The notes under the pieces: model-generated
What the model was told of the DNA's origin: nothing
Seen by the model: the letters and a program-made list of their open reading frames with translations, nothing else
The model's database searches: none
Shown: positions 9,713-19,034 of the stretch, piece after piece
How the letters are laid out: every line of letters starts with the position of its first letter
Position numbering within the stretch: position 1 is the stretch's first letter
Made by a program: the position numbers and the translations under genes
NCBI GenBank assembly: GCA_028876335.1
Contig: JAGWSG010000187.1
Coordinates: 2,362-66,361, forward strand
Reading direction: 5' to 3'
DNA length: 64,000 bases
Source of the DNA: Acidobacteriota bacterium
Lineage (GTDB): Bacteria > Acidobacteriota > Terriglobia > Terriglobales > Acidobacteriaceae

Positions 9713-10483
9713 CTATGCATCCCGTGCGAAAAGCAGGGAGTTAGCTTGCTGCGTGCACGTCATCAGCACACGTGCGATGTTCACATGCGCCGGTCGCGAG
9801 GCAACCCACACGATGGTCTCCGCCACATCCTCTGCCGTAAGCGGCTTGATGTTCTGGTAGACCTTTGCCGCGCGTTCCTCATCCCCTCGAAAACGTACAA
9901 CGCTGAATTCTGTCTCAACCATTCCGGGGTCCACGCTCGTTACGCGCACCTTGGTGCCCAGCAGGTCCTGGCGCAGTCCATCATTGATGGCACGCTCTGC
10001 GGCCTTGGTGCCGCAATACACCGCTCCATTGGGATAAGTCATTTCTCCGGCGGTTGAGCCAAGATTGATCACGTGACCGCTGCCGCGCTCTACCATGCCG
10101 GGAACCACGGAGCGGGTCACATAGAGCAGGCCCTTCACGTTGGTATCAATCATCTCTTCCCAGTCCTGAATGCTGCCTGCATAGACCTTATCGAGACCGC
10201 GACTCAGGCCCGCATTGTTCACGAGGATGTCGACAGCTGCCCATTCTGCCCGCAATTCAGCAATAGACTTTTCCACCGCCTTCTGGTCACGCACATCGAG
10301 CCCGAAGGTATGCACGGCTTCTGCGCCGCGCTCGAGTGCCTGCTTGGCCACAGATTCAAGCTTCTCGAATCGGCGAGCGGCGAGCAGAAGCTTTGCGCCT
10401 TCTGCCGCAAATGCCAGCGCGGTGGCTGCGCCTATGCCGGCGCTCGCGCCTGTAATGAAAACGACTTTTCCGTTGAGTCCCAT
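9713..10483 (-). CDS. SDR family oxidoreductase (YdfG-like)
   Basis: ITGASAGIG, NNAG, GSTAG, YCGTK (YxxxK), VDPGMVETEFS. Start set at MGLNGK. Confidence 0.9.
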   Translation of the reverse strand: MGLNGKVVFITGASAGIGAATALAFAAEGAKLLLAARRFEKLESVAKQALERGAEAVHTFGLDVRDQKAVEKSIAELRAEWAAVDILVNNAGLSRGLDKVYAGSIQDWEEMIDTNVKGLLYVTRSVVPGMVERGSGHVINLGSTAGEMTYPNGAVYCGTKAAERAINDGLRQDLLGTKVRVTSVDPGMVETEFSVVRFRGDEERAAKVYQNIKPLTAEDVAETIVWVASRPAHVNIARVLMTCTQQANSLLFARDA

Positions 10484-10541
10484 GTATCCATGGTACTCAA
10501 CGGTTTTCGGGAGCGTTGCGACTTGTGCAGAGGCGTGCTCG

Positions 10542-11420
10542 TCAGGCTTTGCAGCGCATCTGTGCCATCTTGTATTGGCCAACCGGCCAATCCGTCTCAC
10601 CCAGCCCGGCCTGCGCGGCCTCCACAAAGATTTCTGCCAGTTCATCGGCCAGCGTAATGCGAGTGCCTCGGCTGGCTGCGGCTGCGCGCAGCATGTTGAC
10701 ATCCTTCGCGCCCAGCGCAATCGTCGCGCCAGGCCTCTCGGGTGGATTCAAAATTACATTCGCATACGCCGAATAGAACGGCGATTGAAACAGCGCGCTG
10801 TTCACCGCTTCGAGAAATTTTGCCGGCTCGATACCTTGCGACTGGGCGTAGACAAACGACTCGGTCATGGTGTGAATCATGGCCGCGATCATGAAATTGC
10901 CGCCCAACTTCAGCGCGTGCGCCTGCCGCGGCTCGGTGCCAACGATTGAAATGCCGCGTGACATGGGCTCAAGCACTGGGCGCGCCTTTTCCACGGCCTC
11001 GTCTGACCCAGCCGCAACGATCCAGAGTTTGCCTGCCTCGGCGATATTTGGCCGTCCGAACACGGGAGCTGCCACAAAGTCGATGCCGCGTTTGGCATGC
11101 TCTTCCGTGAGTCGTTCGCTGAGTGTGGTGCTGATGGTGCTGCAGGAAATGTGAAGGCCTCCCGGTTCGAGTGCATCCATCAGGCCGTTTGCCCCAAAGA
11201 GCACATCCTCATGCGCCGCATCGTCAAACAGCATCGTCACAACTGCGTCTGCACCAAGTTCCGCTTCCGCTGGCGTTCCGGCGGCAATGGCACCCTCACG
11301 CAGCAGCGGTTCCGTGCGGCCCTCACTGCGATTCCAGACGCGCAATTCGTGTCCGGCGGCAATCAAACGCAGAGCCATTGGCGTTCCCATGGCTCCAGTG
11401 CCCAAAAATCCAATCTTCAT
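10542..11420 (-). CDS. NAD(P)-dependent oxidoreductase, 3-hydroxyisobutyrate/6-phosphogluconate dehydrogenase family
   Basis: MKIGFLGTGAMG, VWNRS, AAPVFG, LKLGGN. Confidence 0.9.
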   Translation of the reverse strand: MKIGFLGTGAMGTPMALRLIAAGHELRVWNRSEGRTEPLLREGAIAAGTPAEAELGADAVVTMLFDDAAHEDVLFGANGLMDALEPGGLHISCSTISTTLSERLTEEHAKRGIDFVAAPVFGRPNIAEAGKLWIVAAGSDEAVEKARPVLEPMSRGISIVGTEPRQAHALKLGGNFMIAAMIHTMTESFVYAQSQGIEPAKFLEAVNSALFQSPFYSAYANVILNPPERPGATIALGAKDVNMLRAAAASRGTRITLADELAEIFVEAAQAGLGETDWPVGQYKMAQMRCKA

Positions 11421-11493
11421 CTTGTATGCTCCTCTTCCGAATCCTTCAAGTTATGTGGCGCGGCGGCGGTAGCCGGATACACTGTTTCTTCAG

Positions 11494-12276
11494 ATGCTCC
11501 GAACAGTCCATGCGACGCGCTACGTGCTGCCCATGCGTGAGGGTGGCTCGCTCCCGGCCATTGTAGAGGCTGACGACCTCGGTCTCTACATCGTGAAGTT
11601 TCGGGGTGCAGGGCAGGGAAAACTCGCGCTGGTGGCCGAAGTAATTTGCGGCGAGATTGGCCGTGCACTTGGGCTGCGCGTGCCGGAGATCGTGTTTGTC
11701 GAGGTCGACTCCGCTCTTGGCCGCAATGAGCCGGATTATGAGATTCGCCAACTGCTGCAGGCCAGTGCCGGCCTCAATGTGGGACTCGACTATCTACCCG
11801 GATCGGTCATGTTCGATCCCGCAGCTCGCGATGCCGTGCCTGAGGATGAGGCTTCAATGGCGGTGTGGTTCGATGCCTTCACCATGAACGTGGACAGGAC
11901 GGCGAAGAATGCAAATCTGCTGCTTTGGCACCGCAAGCTATACCTCATCGATCATGGCGCAGCGCTTTACTTTCATCATGACTGGGACAACAGAATGGTG
12001 AAGTCCCAAGCTCCGTTCAAAGAAATTGCGCAGCATTTGCTATTGCCTTGGGCTGGAAGAATTGCTGCCGCAGGGGTTGAAGCCCACTCGAAGCTCACGC
12101 AGGAGGTGCTGCACGCTGTTGTGAGTGCAGTTCCGGATTCATGGCTGGAAGATGCCGCCGCCGGTGTAAGTGCTGAAGACCGGCGTTTGGGCTATGTGGA
12201 GTTCTTTACCCGTCGGTTGGAATCGGCCCAAATTTTCGAACAGGAGGCGATGGACGCCCATGCACGCCTCATTTGA
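11494..12276 (+). CDS. HipA-like Ser/Thr kinase
   Basis: REGGSLP glycine loop, YIVKFRGAGQG, NVDRTAKNANLL catalytic loop, LIDHG Mg-binding motif. Confidence 0.85.
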   Translation: MLRTVHATRYVLPMREGGSLPAIVEADDLGLYIVKFRGAGQGKLALVAEVICGEIGRALGLRVPEIVFVEVDSALGRNEPDYEIRQLLQASAGLNVGLDYLPGSVMFDPAARDAVPEDEASMAVWFDAFTMNVDRTAKNANLLLWHRKLYLIDHGAALYFHHDWDNRMVKSQAPFKEIAQHLLLPWAGRIAAAGVEAHSKLTQEVLHAVVSAVPDSWLEDAAAGVSAEDRRLGYVEFFTRRLESAQIFEQEAMDAHARLI

Positions 12277-12637
12277 TTACGCACTCTTGCGCGTGGTGCC
12301 GCGCGTGGAGCGGCAGGAATTTGTAAATGCCGGTGTGGTCGTCTTTTGCCGCGAGAAGCGCTATCTGGCCGCGCGTGTCCGCCTCGACAGAGACCGCGTT
12401 CGTGCACTCTGGCCGGATGCAGACCTCGACTTGATTGCCCTACACCTTGATGCGGTGGTTCGTATCTGTGAAGGCGACCCTGCAGCCGGTGCGATAGCGC
12501 AGCTTTCGCAGAGTGAGCGATTCCACTGGCTGGTATCACCGCGCAGCACCATCATTCAGCCCTCGCCGGTGCATACGGGCGTATGCGATGAAACCGGAAA
12601 TCTGCTGGATAAACTTGAAAAGCAGTTCTTCTCTTGA
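12260..12637 (+). CDS. DUF3037 domain protein
   Basis: FDYALLRVVPRVERQEFVNAGVV and ERFHWLVSPRSTIIQPSPVHTG. Overlaps the kinase stop by 17 nt. Confidence 0.85.
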   Translation: MHASFDYALLRVVPRVERQEFVNAGVVVFCREKRYLAARVRLDRDRVRALWPDADLDLIALHLDAVVRICEGDPAAGAIAQLSQSERFHWLVSPRSTIIQPSPVHTGVCDETGNLLDKLEKQFFS

Positions 12638-12649
12638 AGAACTGCTTTT
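12618..12649. terminator. Perfect 14-bp hairpin overlapping the DUF3037 stop; probable bidirectional terminator
   Basis: AAAAGCAGTTCTTC-tctt-GAAGAACTGCTTTT between convergent genes. Confidence 0.75.
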
Positions 12650-12689
12650 CAAATTGAACCCTAAGTTGAATTAGAGAAATGGAAGCTGT

Positions 12690-13352
12690 TTACTGCGGCG
12701 TCACCAGATGATGCGCAATGGCGAAGAGCGCCAGTTCCAGGCGCGTGGACACGCCCGTCTTATCGAAAATATTCGACAAGTGCCGCTTGACCGTCTCTTC
12801 GCTCAGCGAGAATTGCTTGGCAATATCGCGATTACTGCAGCCTTCCACAATACAGCCCACCACTTCAATTTCGCGTGGCGTAAGACCGTAGGTCTTGTGC
12901 GGAGGCGTGGCAGCTTGTGCCATCAGATCACGCAGTGCTGCAACCAGGTTCACGACGCGCTTGCCGCCAATCCAGTAGTCACCCGCGCAAACCGTGTGAA
13001 TAGCTTCCTGAAGTGCTCCTGCAAGCGCGTCTTTGAGGACTATACCGCGCGCTCCAATGTGCAGGGCTTCAATAATCTGCTGTGTTGTGATGGTCGATGT
13101 CAGCAGAAGAATCTTTACCGTGGGCGAGCCGCTCATGATCGCACGCATGGCCTCAAGTCCAGGCAGGCGTGGCATTTGCACGTCAAGCAGTAGGATGTCC
13201 GGCTTCAGGTCAAGCGTGAGGGTGATGGCCTCGTCGCCATCGTCCGCTTCACCCACTACCTCAAATCCGTCGTTCCGTTGCAACATGTTGCGCACGCCAA
13301 TCCTGACTACTGGATGGTCATCCGCAAGTACGATGCGAATTGGGTTATCCAC
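12690..13352 (-). CDS. NarL/LuxR-family response regulator
   Basis: REC domain (LADDHP, LLLDVQMP, K in VLK) plus LTPREIEV...SNRDIA...TVKRH HTH. GTG start with GGGAGGAG SD. Confidence 0.92.
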   Translation of the reverse strand: MDNPIRIVLADDHPVVRIGVRNMLQRNDGFEVVGEADDGDEAITLTLDLKPDILLLDVQMPRLPGLEAMRAIMSGSPTVKILLLTSTITTQQIIEALHIGARGIVLKDALAGALQEAIHTVCAGDYWIGGKRVVNLVAALRDLMAQAATPPHKTYGLTPREIEVVGCIVEGCSNRDIAKQFSLSEETVKRHLSNIFDKTGVSTRLELALFAIAHHLVTPQ

Positions 13353-13467
13353 CTTGAGAACTCTCCTCCCTGGCTATGCTTTCGAACCAGGGCACGCATA
13401 TACTCCTCAAAAGATGAGGGTTCAGGGTACCTTTGGTTCCCGGCGTATCTTTCACCGTAAACCGAGC

Positions 13468-14196
13468 TCAATCAGTAAATTCTCGCTCAAGCATACTCTC
13501 AAGGTTAGCAATAGCACCCGTCAAGTGGTTGAGGGACTTACCGCAGTAATCCAAATCATTACTCTTGGCTTCAAGTTCCGCCCCAATCTTCGCTGCTTCA
13601 AGGGCTCCGGCCATCCCGCATCCGCCTTTGATGGCATGGCCAATTTTGCCGATTTCCTCGCTGTTACGCGCTGCCAGCGCGGCTTCAAGGGCAACATGGC
13701 GCTTCTTCAGATCGGCCACCACGGCCGTGTAGATCTGATGCACAGTGGGCTCAGGCATCAGTTGGCGAAATTGAGCCAGTGTCTCTTGAAGAATGACAGG
13801 TGCAGCAGGTTCCGGGGGGTTGGCTGGGGCTCTTTCGGCAAGCAGGTTGCGCAGCGCATCGGGGTTGAATGGCTTCAGCAGAAACCCGTCGGTGGCTGAG
13901 GCTATGTCTTTAGGCAGTTCACTGCCGCTGATGGCCACGATGGAAACCTCAGTGTGAGTTCGAAGCTTCTGAATAAGCTCCAGACCGCTCAGACCCGGCA
14001 GCTGAGCGTCCATCAGAATGATGGACGGAAGGAACTCTCCGGCTTCCAGCGCTGATACGGCAGCATCGCCACTTTCCGCAGTGTGTACCTCGTAGCCCTC
14101 CATGGTAAGTACAGTGGCAATCACTTCGCGGCTTACAAGGTCGTCGTCGATAAGAAAGATAGCGGGCAGATTCTCGCGATCACCGATACCAAGCAT
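13468..14196 (-). CDS. Response regulator with C-terminal Hpt domain (REC-Hpt)
   Basis: LIDDD, ILMDAQLP, FLLKP in REC; GHAIKGGCGMAG matches the Hpt HxxKG motif. Confidence 0.85.
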   Translation of the reverse strand: MLGIGDRENLPAIFLIDDDLVSREVIATVLTMEGYEVHTAESGDAAVSALEAGEFLPSIILMDAQLPGLSGLELIQKLRTHTEVSIVAISGSELPKDIASATDGFLLKPFNPDALRNLLAERAPANPPEPAAPVILQETLAQFRQLMPEPTVHQIYTAVVADLKKRHVALEAALAARNSEEIGKIGHAIKGGCGMAGALEAAKIGAELEAKSNDLDYCGKSLNHLTGAIANLESMLEREFTD

Positions 14197-14228
14197 GTCT
14201 GCCGCACCCCATCAACGGCATTTATTCT

Positions 14229-16823
14229 CTAATTGTCGGCTACGCCGACCTCGTGCAGCCAACCGGGAGACTTCAGCAATTCACGTGGACGTGAACCGTC
14301 TGCTGGACCCACAAGGCCGTCGCGTTCCATCAAATCGATCAGATGCGCTGCGCGGCCGTAGCCTATGCGCAGACGCCGCTGCAGAAGCGACGTGGATGCT
14401 TTGCCAAATTCAAAAACCAGCCGTACCGCATCATCGAACATCGGGTCATTTTCATCTCCGTTGTCGCTCGATCCCTCTACGCTCGACTTTTCGTCGCGCG
14501 GCGACTCAAGGAAGCCCTCGGCATACTCGGCCGTTCCCTGGTTCTTCCAAAATTCGACAACCGAAGCAGTTTCTTTTTCGCTAACGTAAGGCGCGTGAAT
14601 ACGCATCAGGCGGCTGGTGCCCGGCGGAAGAAAGAGCATATCGCCGCGGCCCAACAAGGCTTCGGCGCCATTGGTATCCACAATGGTGCGCGAGTCCACT
14701 TTGGTGGCCAGACGGAAGCTTATGCGCGTAGGCACATTGGCCTTGATGAGTCCAGTGATTACATCGACGCTGGGACGCTGCGTGGCCAAAATCAAGTGGA
14801 TGCCTACGGCGCGCGCCATCTGTGCCAGGCGCGTAATCGACTCTTCAACGTTGGCGCGATCGAGCATCATAAGGTCTGCCAGCTCGTCAATGATGATCAC
14901 CATGTAAGGCAGCGGCGCTTCCGGCTCGCCCTCGTCAAAGAGTGAGGGCATGGTGCCTTCAAATAGTTTGTTGTACTGATCAATGTTGCGCACCGACCGC
15001 GACGCCAGGAGCTTGAGGCGGCGCTCCATCTCACGCACGGCATTGCGCAGTGCATTTGCCGCCAGCTTGGGCTCAGTGATGATGGGCGTGAACAAGTGCG
15101 GAATGCCCTCGTACATGCCTAGTTCCACCCGCTTTGGGTCCACAAGGATAAGTCGAACCTGCTGCGGCGTGGTGCGGAAGAGCAGGCTCATGATCATCGC
15201 ATTAATCGCTACGGATTTACCTGAACCAGTGGAGCCCGCGATGAGCACGTGCGGCATGGATGCCAGATCGGCCGTGACTATGCGGCCGTTGATATCCTTG
15301 CCCATGGCCATCGTGAGCCTTGAGCGGGCCTTTGCGAAGGTCTCGGACTCAAGTACATCGCGAAGGTGGATGGTTTCCTTCTCGTGATTTGGGACCTGTA
15401 TGCCGACCGTGCTTTTGCCTGCCATGCGCTCAATCAGAATGCTCTCGGCGCGCATCGCGAGGCACAGATCGTCAGCCAGGCCAGTCACACGGCTGTACTT
15501 CACGCCGGCTTCAGGCTTGAATTCGTACGTCGTCACCATCGGCCCGGGATTGATTTGCACTACCTGGCCGCGTACGTCGAATTCTGCGCACTTTTCCACT
15601 AGAATCTTTGCTTCTTCACGCAGGTCGTCTTCACGAACCTGCTGCGGACCAACGCCGGCGTTCAAAAGCGTACTCGGTGGAAGCTTGAAACCGCTCATGT
15701 TCTTTGGAGCGACGGTTGCGGATTTCACTTCCGCATCGGCACGCTCATGAATGGCAATGGTCTGAGCGGGCGCGGATGTTTCAACAGCCTTCACCGGTTC
15801 CGGCGCAGGCTGCGGCGCGCGCGCTTCCACCAGTCGCGGCGCGGCAAACGGCGTTGTTGCAACCGGAGACTCTGCAGTGCGGGCAGCAACTTCCGGTCGT
15901 GCAGGAGCACCCGCCGCATCTGTTTCCCAGATGCTTGCACGGCGATGCGTCACAACGGGTACATTCTCCGCTTCGGGCGTTGCGATAGTGCGCTGATACG
16001 CGGGGATGTCCTCAACCGGATCGATCTCCGGCATGTTCTTATTGCGCCGGAAAAGTCCGGCGAGAAAACTGGGCTTGCGCTCAACTGGAGGCTCATCCAG
16101 CACGTCATCGCCAACAGGAACAGGAGCATTCGTGAACAGCCGCTGATCGGGGCCAGGTGACTGCTGCTCGGCGCGAATCGCAGCCTGTTCCGCACGTGCT
16201 TCAGCGCGCGTCTCGCGCCAGTTCTGCCAGCGCTCGTACATGGAGACGGATCGAATCCACCACTCTTCCACGAAGGCCTTTACCTTGCGGAAGTTCACGG
16301 CGGAGCCGAAGTAGAGTCCCGTGGCAGCCAGTGCAACTGCAACCACCGCCGCACCCTGCACATTCAGGTAAACAATCAACTGCGTAGCAATGAGCTTTCC
16401 CAGCACGCCTTCAATCGGAACTGCGTGCATCCAATGCCAATGCCAGGGAAGCAGACCGAAGGAAGTTGGCGTGAAGACCAGCGCAAGCATGCAGCCGGAC
16501 CAGCGAAGCGCTGCCGAACCCGCCGAACGCGAGTGCATCCAGTCCCACGCAATGCCGCCCAGCCAGAAGGGAAGAATGAATGCGGTAATCCCGATGAACT
16601 GGAGCAGCAGATCGCTCCATGTCGCGCCAAAGAGTCCTACCCAGTTGTGCACCTGGTGCGGCGTAACCACATCGGTCGAGGTATTCAGCGAAGGATCGGT
16701 GGGATGGTAAGTGGCCAGTGCAAGAAAAAGCAGCACGGATACCATTGCCAGCAACGCTCCCAGAAATACGTTGAGAGCGTGTTTGCGCGTGGGCGAGAGA
16801 GCAATTGGAATGGTCTTCATCAT
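14229..16823 (-). CDS. ftsK: DNA translocase FtsK
   Basis: N-terminal TM domain, Pro-rich linker, Walker A GSTGSGKS, IIDELADLM, TQRPSVDVITG, gamma domain LLQRRLRIGYGRAAHLID. Confidence 0.97.
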   Translation of the reverse strand: MMKTIPIALSPTRKHALNVFLGALLAMVSVLLFLALATYHPTDPSLNTSTDVVTPHQVHNWVGLFGATWSDLLLQFIGITAFILPFWLGGIAWDWMHSRSAGSAALRWSGCMLALVFTPTSFGLLPWHWHWMHAVPIEGVLGKLIATQLIVYLNVQGAAVVAVALAATGLYFGSAVNFRKVKAFVEEWWIRSVSMYERWQNWRETRAEARAEQAAIRAEQQSPGPDQRLFTNAPVPVGDDVLDEPPVERKPSFLAGLFRRNKNMPEIDPVEDIPAYQRTIATPEAENVPVVTHRRASIWETDAAGAPARPEVAARTAESPVATTPFAAPRLVEARAPQPAPEPVKAVETSAPAQTIAIHERADAEVKSATVAPKNMSGFKLPPSTLLNAGVGPQQVREDDLREEAKILVEKCAEFDVRGQVVQINPGPMVTTYEFKPEAGVKYSRVTGLADDLCLAMRAESILIERMAGKSTVGIQVPNHEKETIHLRDVLESETFAKARSRLTMAMGKDINGRIVTADLASMPHVLIAGSTGSGKSVAINAMIMSLLFRTTPQQVRLILVDPKRVELGMYEGIPHLFTPIITEPKLAANALRNAVREMERRLKLLASRSVRNIDQYNKLFEGTMPSLFDEGEPEAPLPYMVIIIDELADLMMLDRANVEESITRLAQMARAVGIHLILATQRPSVDVITGLIKANVPTRISFRLATKVDSRTIVDTNGAEALLGRGDMLFLPPGTSRLMRIHAPYVSEKETASVVEFWKNQGTAEYAEGFLESPRDEKSSVEGSSDNGDENDPMFDDAVRLVFEFGKASTSLLQRRLRIGYGRAAHLIDLMERDGLVGPADGSRPRELLKSPGWLHEVGVADN

Positions 16824-16940
16824 GGGGCGCGTCATCCGCTCATTGGCCGCCGCACGCAACGTGCCGGCGCACCGGCAGTGCGGACGGAATCAACCCCAGA
16901 GCAGTCTTTATTATCCCCGCCGCAGGAAGCGTTTCCGGGC

Positions 16941-16981
16941 AAAAACCAGGCGGGGGGAACCATGGTGTCCACCCCCGCCTG
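16941..16981 (-). terminator. Intrinsic terminator after uppP
   Basis: On the minus strand, CAGGCGGGGG...CCCCCGCCTG stem followed by GTTTTT. Confidence 0.7.
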
Positions 16982-17003
16982 AATTACCTGATTGGTGAAA
17001 TCT

Positions 17004-17870
17004 TTACATTCCTGCGATATGCGAGCCGAAGACGAGCAGTGCGATTCCGATGAGGATGCGGTACACCGCGAAGATGGTGAAGCCGCGCCGGCGCACCCAG
17101 GCAAGGAACCACTCCACCACTCCCAACGCCACAATGAATGAGACAAGAAAGCCAATTGCCAGCACAACCCAGCGTTGGCTGTTCATGACTACATGTGCGG
17201 CAACAGCTCCATGTCCTGGCATGATTTCATGCTTCAGGTCCCACGCCGTAGCAGCCAGCATGGTGGGAATGGAAAGCAAAAAGCTGAACTCGAGCGCCGA
17301 AGGGCGGTCAAGGCTGGCAATCTGTCCGGCGGCAATGGTGGACATCGAGCGTGAGAGCCCTGGAAACACCGCCGACAGCGACTGGCATATGCCGATCCAT
17401 ATGGCCTGTCCCAGTCCCATCTCTTCCACATGCGTGGTGTTTGGCTCCGAGCGCGAAGCCCATACGTCTACCACCCACATCACAATGCCGCCAATAACCA
17501 GGGCCAACGCCATGGCCGTAATACTGCCTAAGTTCTTGTCGCTGAATTTGCGCAGCGCCAGCGCCAGTACTGAAGTAAACGCAAATGCAATGAGCGTGAG
17601 CGAAATGGGATGCGTGAGCCAGTTGCGGTCGCCGCCCTCGCCTTTAGGGAAAGTGCGAATGAAGTCGACGATACGCTTCAGGTAAAGCAGCACCAGCGCA
17701 AAAATGGCGCCAGCCTGGATAACGATGGAGTACATCTTCCAATACGCATCGTCCATGGGCAGATGCATCAGCGCCTCGGTGATCCGCAAGTGCGCCGTCG
17801 AGCTGACAGGCAGAAACTCGGTGAGTCCTTCAACTACGCCCAGAAGGACGGACTGCAGGTAGACGTTCAA
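17004..17870 (-). CDS. uppP: Undecaprenyl-diphosphate phosphatase
   Basis: GVVEGLTEFLPVSSTAH, IQAGAI, FPGLSRS, FSFLLSIP. TTG start assumed. Confidence 0.95.
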   Translation of the reverse strand: MNVYLQSVLLGVVEGLTEFLPVSSTAHLRITEALMHLPMDDAYWKMYSIVIQAGAIFALVLLYLKRIVDFIRTFPKGEGGDRNWLTHPISLTLIAFAFTSVLALALRKFSDKNLGSITAMALALVIGGIVMWVVDVWASRSEPNTTHVEEMGLGQAIWIGICQSLSAVFPGLSRSMSTIAAGQIASLDRPSALEFSFLLSIPTMLAATAWDLKHEIMPGHGAVAAHVVMNSQRWVVLAIGFLVSFIVALGVVEWFLAWVRRRGFTIFAVYRILIGIALLVFGSHIAGM

Positions 17871-17926
17871 GAAGCCTCCGGTAAACAAGGATCCGGTAAA
17901 GTGAAGTACTCAATCTATCGAAACAA

Positions 17927-18946
17927 TTATGGCTGGTCGATACCGTACACGGGAACGCCCTGATCCAATTTGAACACGAGTGCCGCTGCTCGCGCTGTGT
18001 AATCCGCGGTGGGGAAATCCGCCTTGAGTTCGGCGGCAAGCTCATGCGCATGCGCACTGGCTTTGGCGCTCTTGCCGTCATTCCCGTCAGCTTTGTACAT
18101 GTCCACCAGAACGGATTGACGATAAATGGCCTCATAGAGCGCCTTTGCAGTGCGTGGCCCCTTGGGGTGCTCTTTGGCGTATTTCTCGTAAACTTCAGAT
18201 TCCTTCTCCGGACACTTCTCCGTGCCTTGCCAGGAGCCGCACAATTTGTTGTCAATCAGGTCGAATGCGGCCATATCGGCTTCCGGCGTATCGGGATACA
18301 TCTTAATGACCTTTTTTAACCCGTCCTCATCCATCAATTCGCGCAAATAAGGTGAGCGCTCTTTGGCAGAGGGAAGCGTTGCCGCATCAGCCTTCTGGAT
18401 CTGCCACAAAATGTCTGCGGCGCGCCACGCAGCCTTGGGAGCAAGAGGCGAATTAGGGAACATTTCCGCCAGGCGTCGATAAAGCAGGTGCGCGGTGCGC
18501 GCGGCATTCACCGGCCCGCGCGGATCGGAAGCCAGTACTTCCTCCGTAGCCGCGGCACCCATCAGCACCTCGTCACCGTTCGGTGTGGATTCCTCCACAA
18601 TCCCGCGCGCTTCCATCCAGCCAGAGATAGGCGGCGGCGTGTCATTCGATCCGAAGATAGGTGTGTCGTTCGACTGTTCCTCTTCAATGTCCGTATTTGC
18701 GTAGACCCGCAGCCAAGGGCCACTGCGCTCGGCCACCACCAGTTCCCGGCCTGGCTGTACCTTCGAAATCTTCTGCGAGTGCAAATCCGGTGAAATATAC
18801 AGCCAGGTAACGCGCAGGGCTGTAGCGCGCGGCCCCGCCATGGGCTTCACAAGCTGGTCTTTCTGCTTCTTGTCTACGGCGTGCGCGGCAGAAAGAGAAA
18901 TCAGAAGCAACAACCCTGAAGCAATCGAGATGAGACGCTTGCGCAT
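17927..18946 (-). CDS. Exported protein with SH3b-like N-terminus and TPR-like (BamD/CpoB-style) C-terminus
   Basis: Signal peptide; LYISPDLHSQKISKVQPGRELVVAERSGPWLRV; repeated FPNSPLAPKA / YPDTPEADMA / HPKGPRTAKA / FPTADYTARA turns. Confidence 0.65.
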   Translation of the reverse strand: MRKRLISIASGLLLLISLSAAHAVDKKQKDQLVKPMAGPRATALRVTWLYISPDLHSQKISKVQPGRELVVAERSGPWLRVYANTDIEEEQSNDTPIFGSNDTPPPISGWMEARGIVEESTPNGDEVLMGAAATEEVLASDPRGPVNAARTAHLLYRRLAEMFPNSPLAPKAAWRAADILWQIQKADAATLPSAKERSPYLRELMDEDGLKKVIKMYPDTPEADMAAFDLIDNKLCGSWQGTEKCPEKESEVYEKYAKEHPKGPRTAKALYEAIYRQSVLVDMYKADGNDGKSAKASAHAHELAAELKADFPTADYTARAAALVFKLDQGVPVYGIDQP

Positions 18947-19034
18947 GATGATGTTCATCATAGTAGACGCGGGAGTGTGCAGTGCGTAATGGCTTGGAAG
19001 CCTTTATTACGCCGAAGGATGCTGCAACATTTCG

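Noticed and set aside
10484-10720. N-terminal extension of the SDR ORF overlapping the neighbouring dehydrogenase
   Set aside because: The Rossmann fold starts at MGLNGK (10483). The extension overlaps another CDS and is low-complexity.
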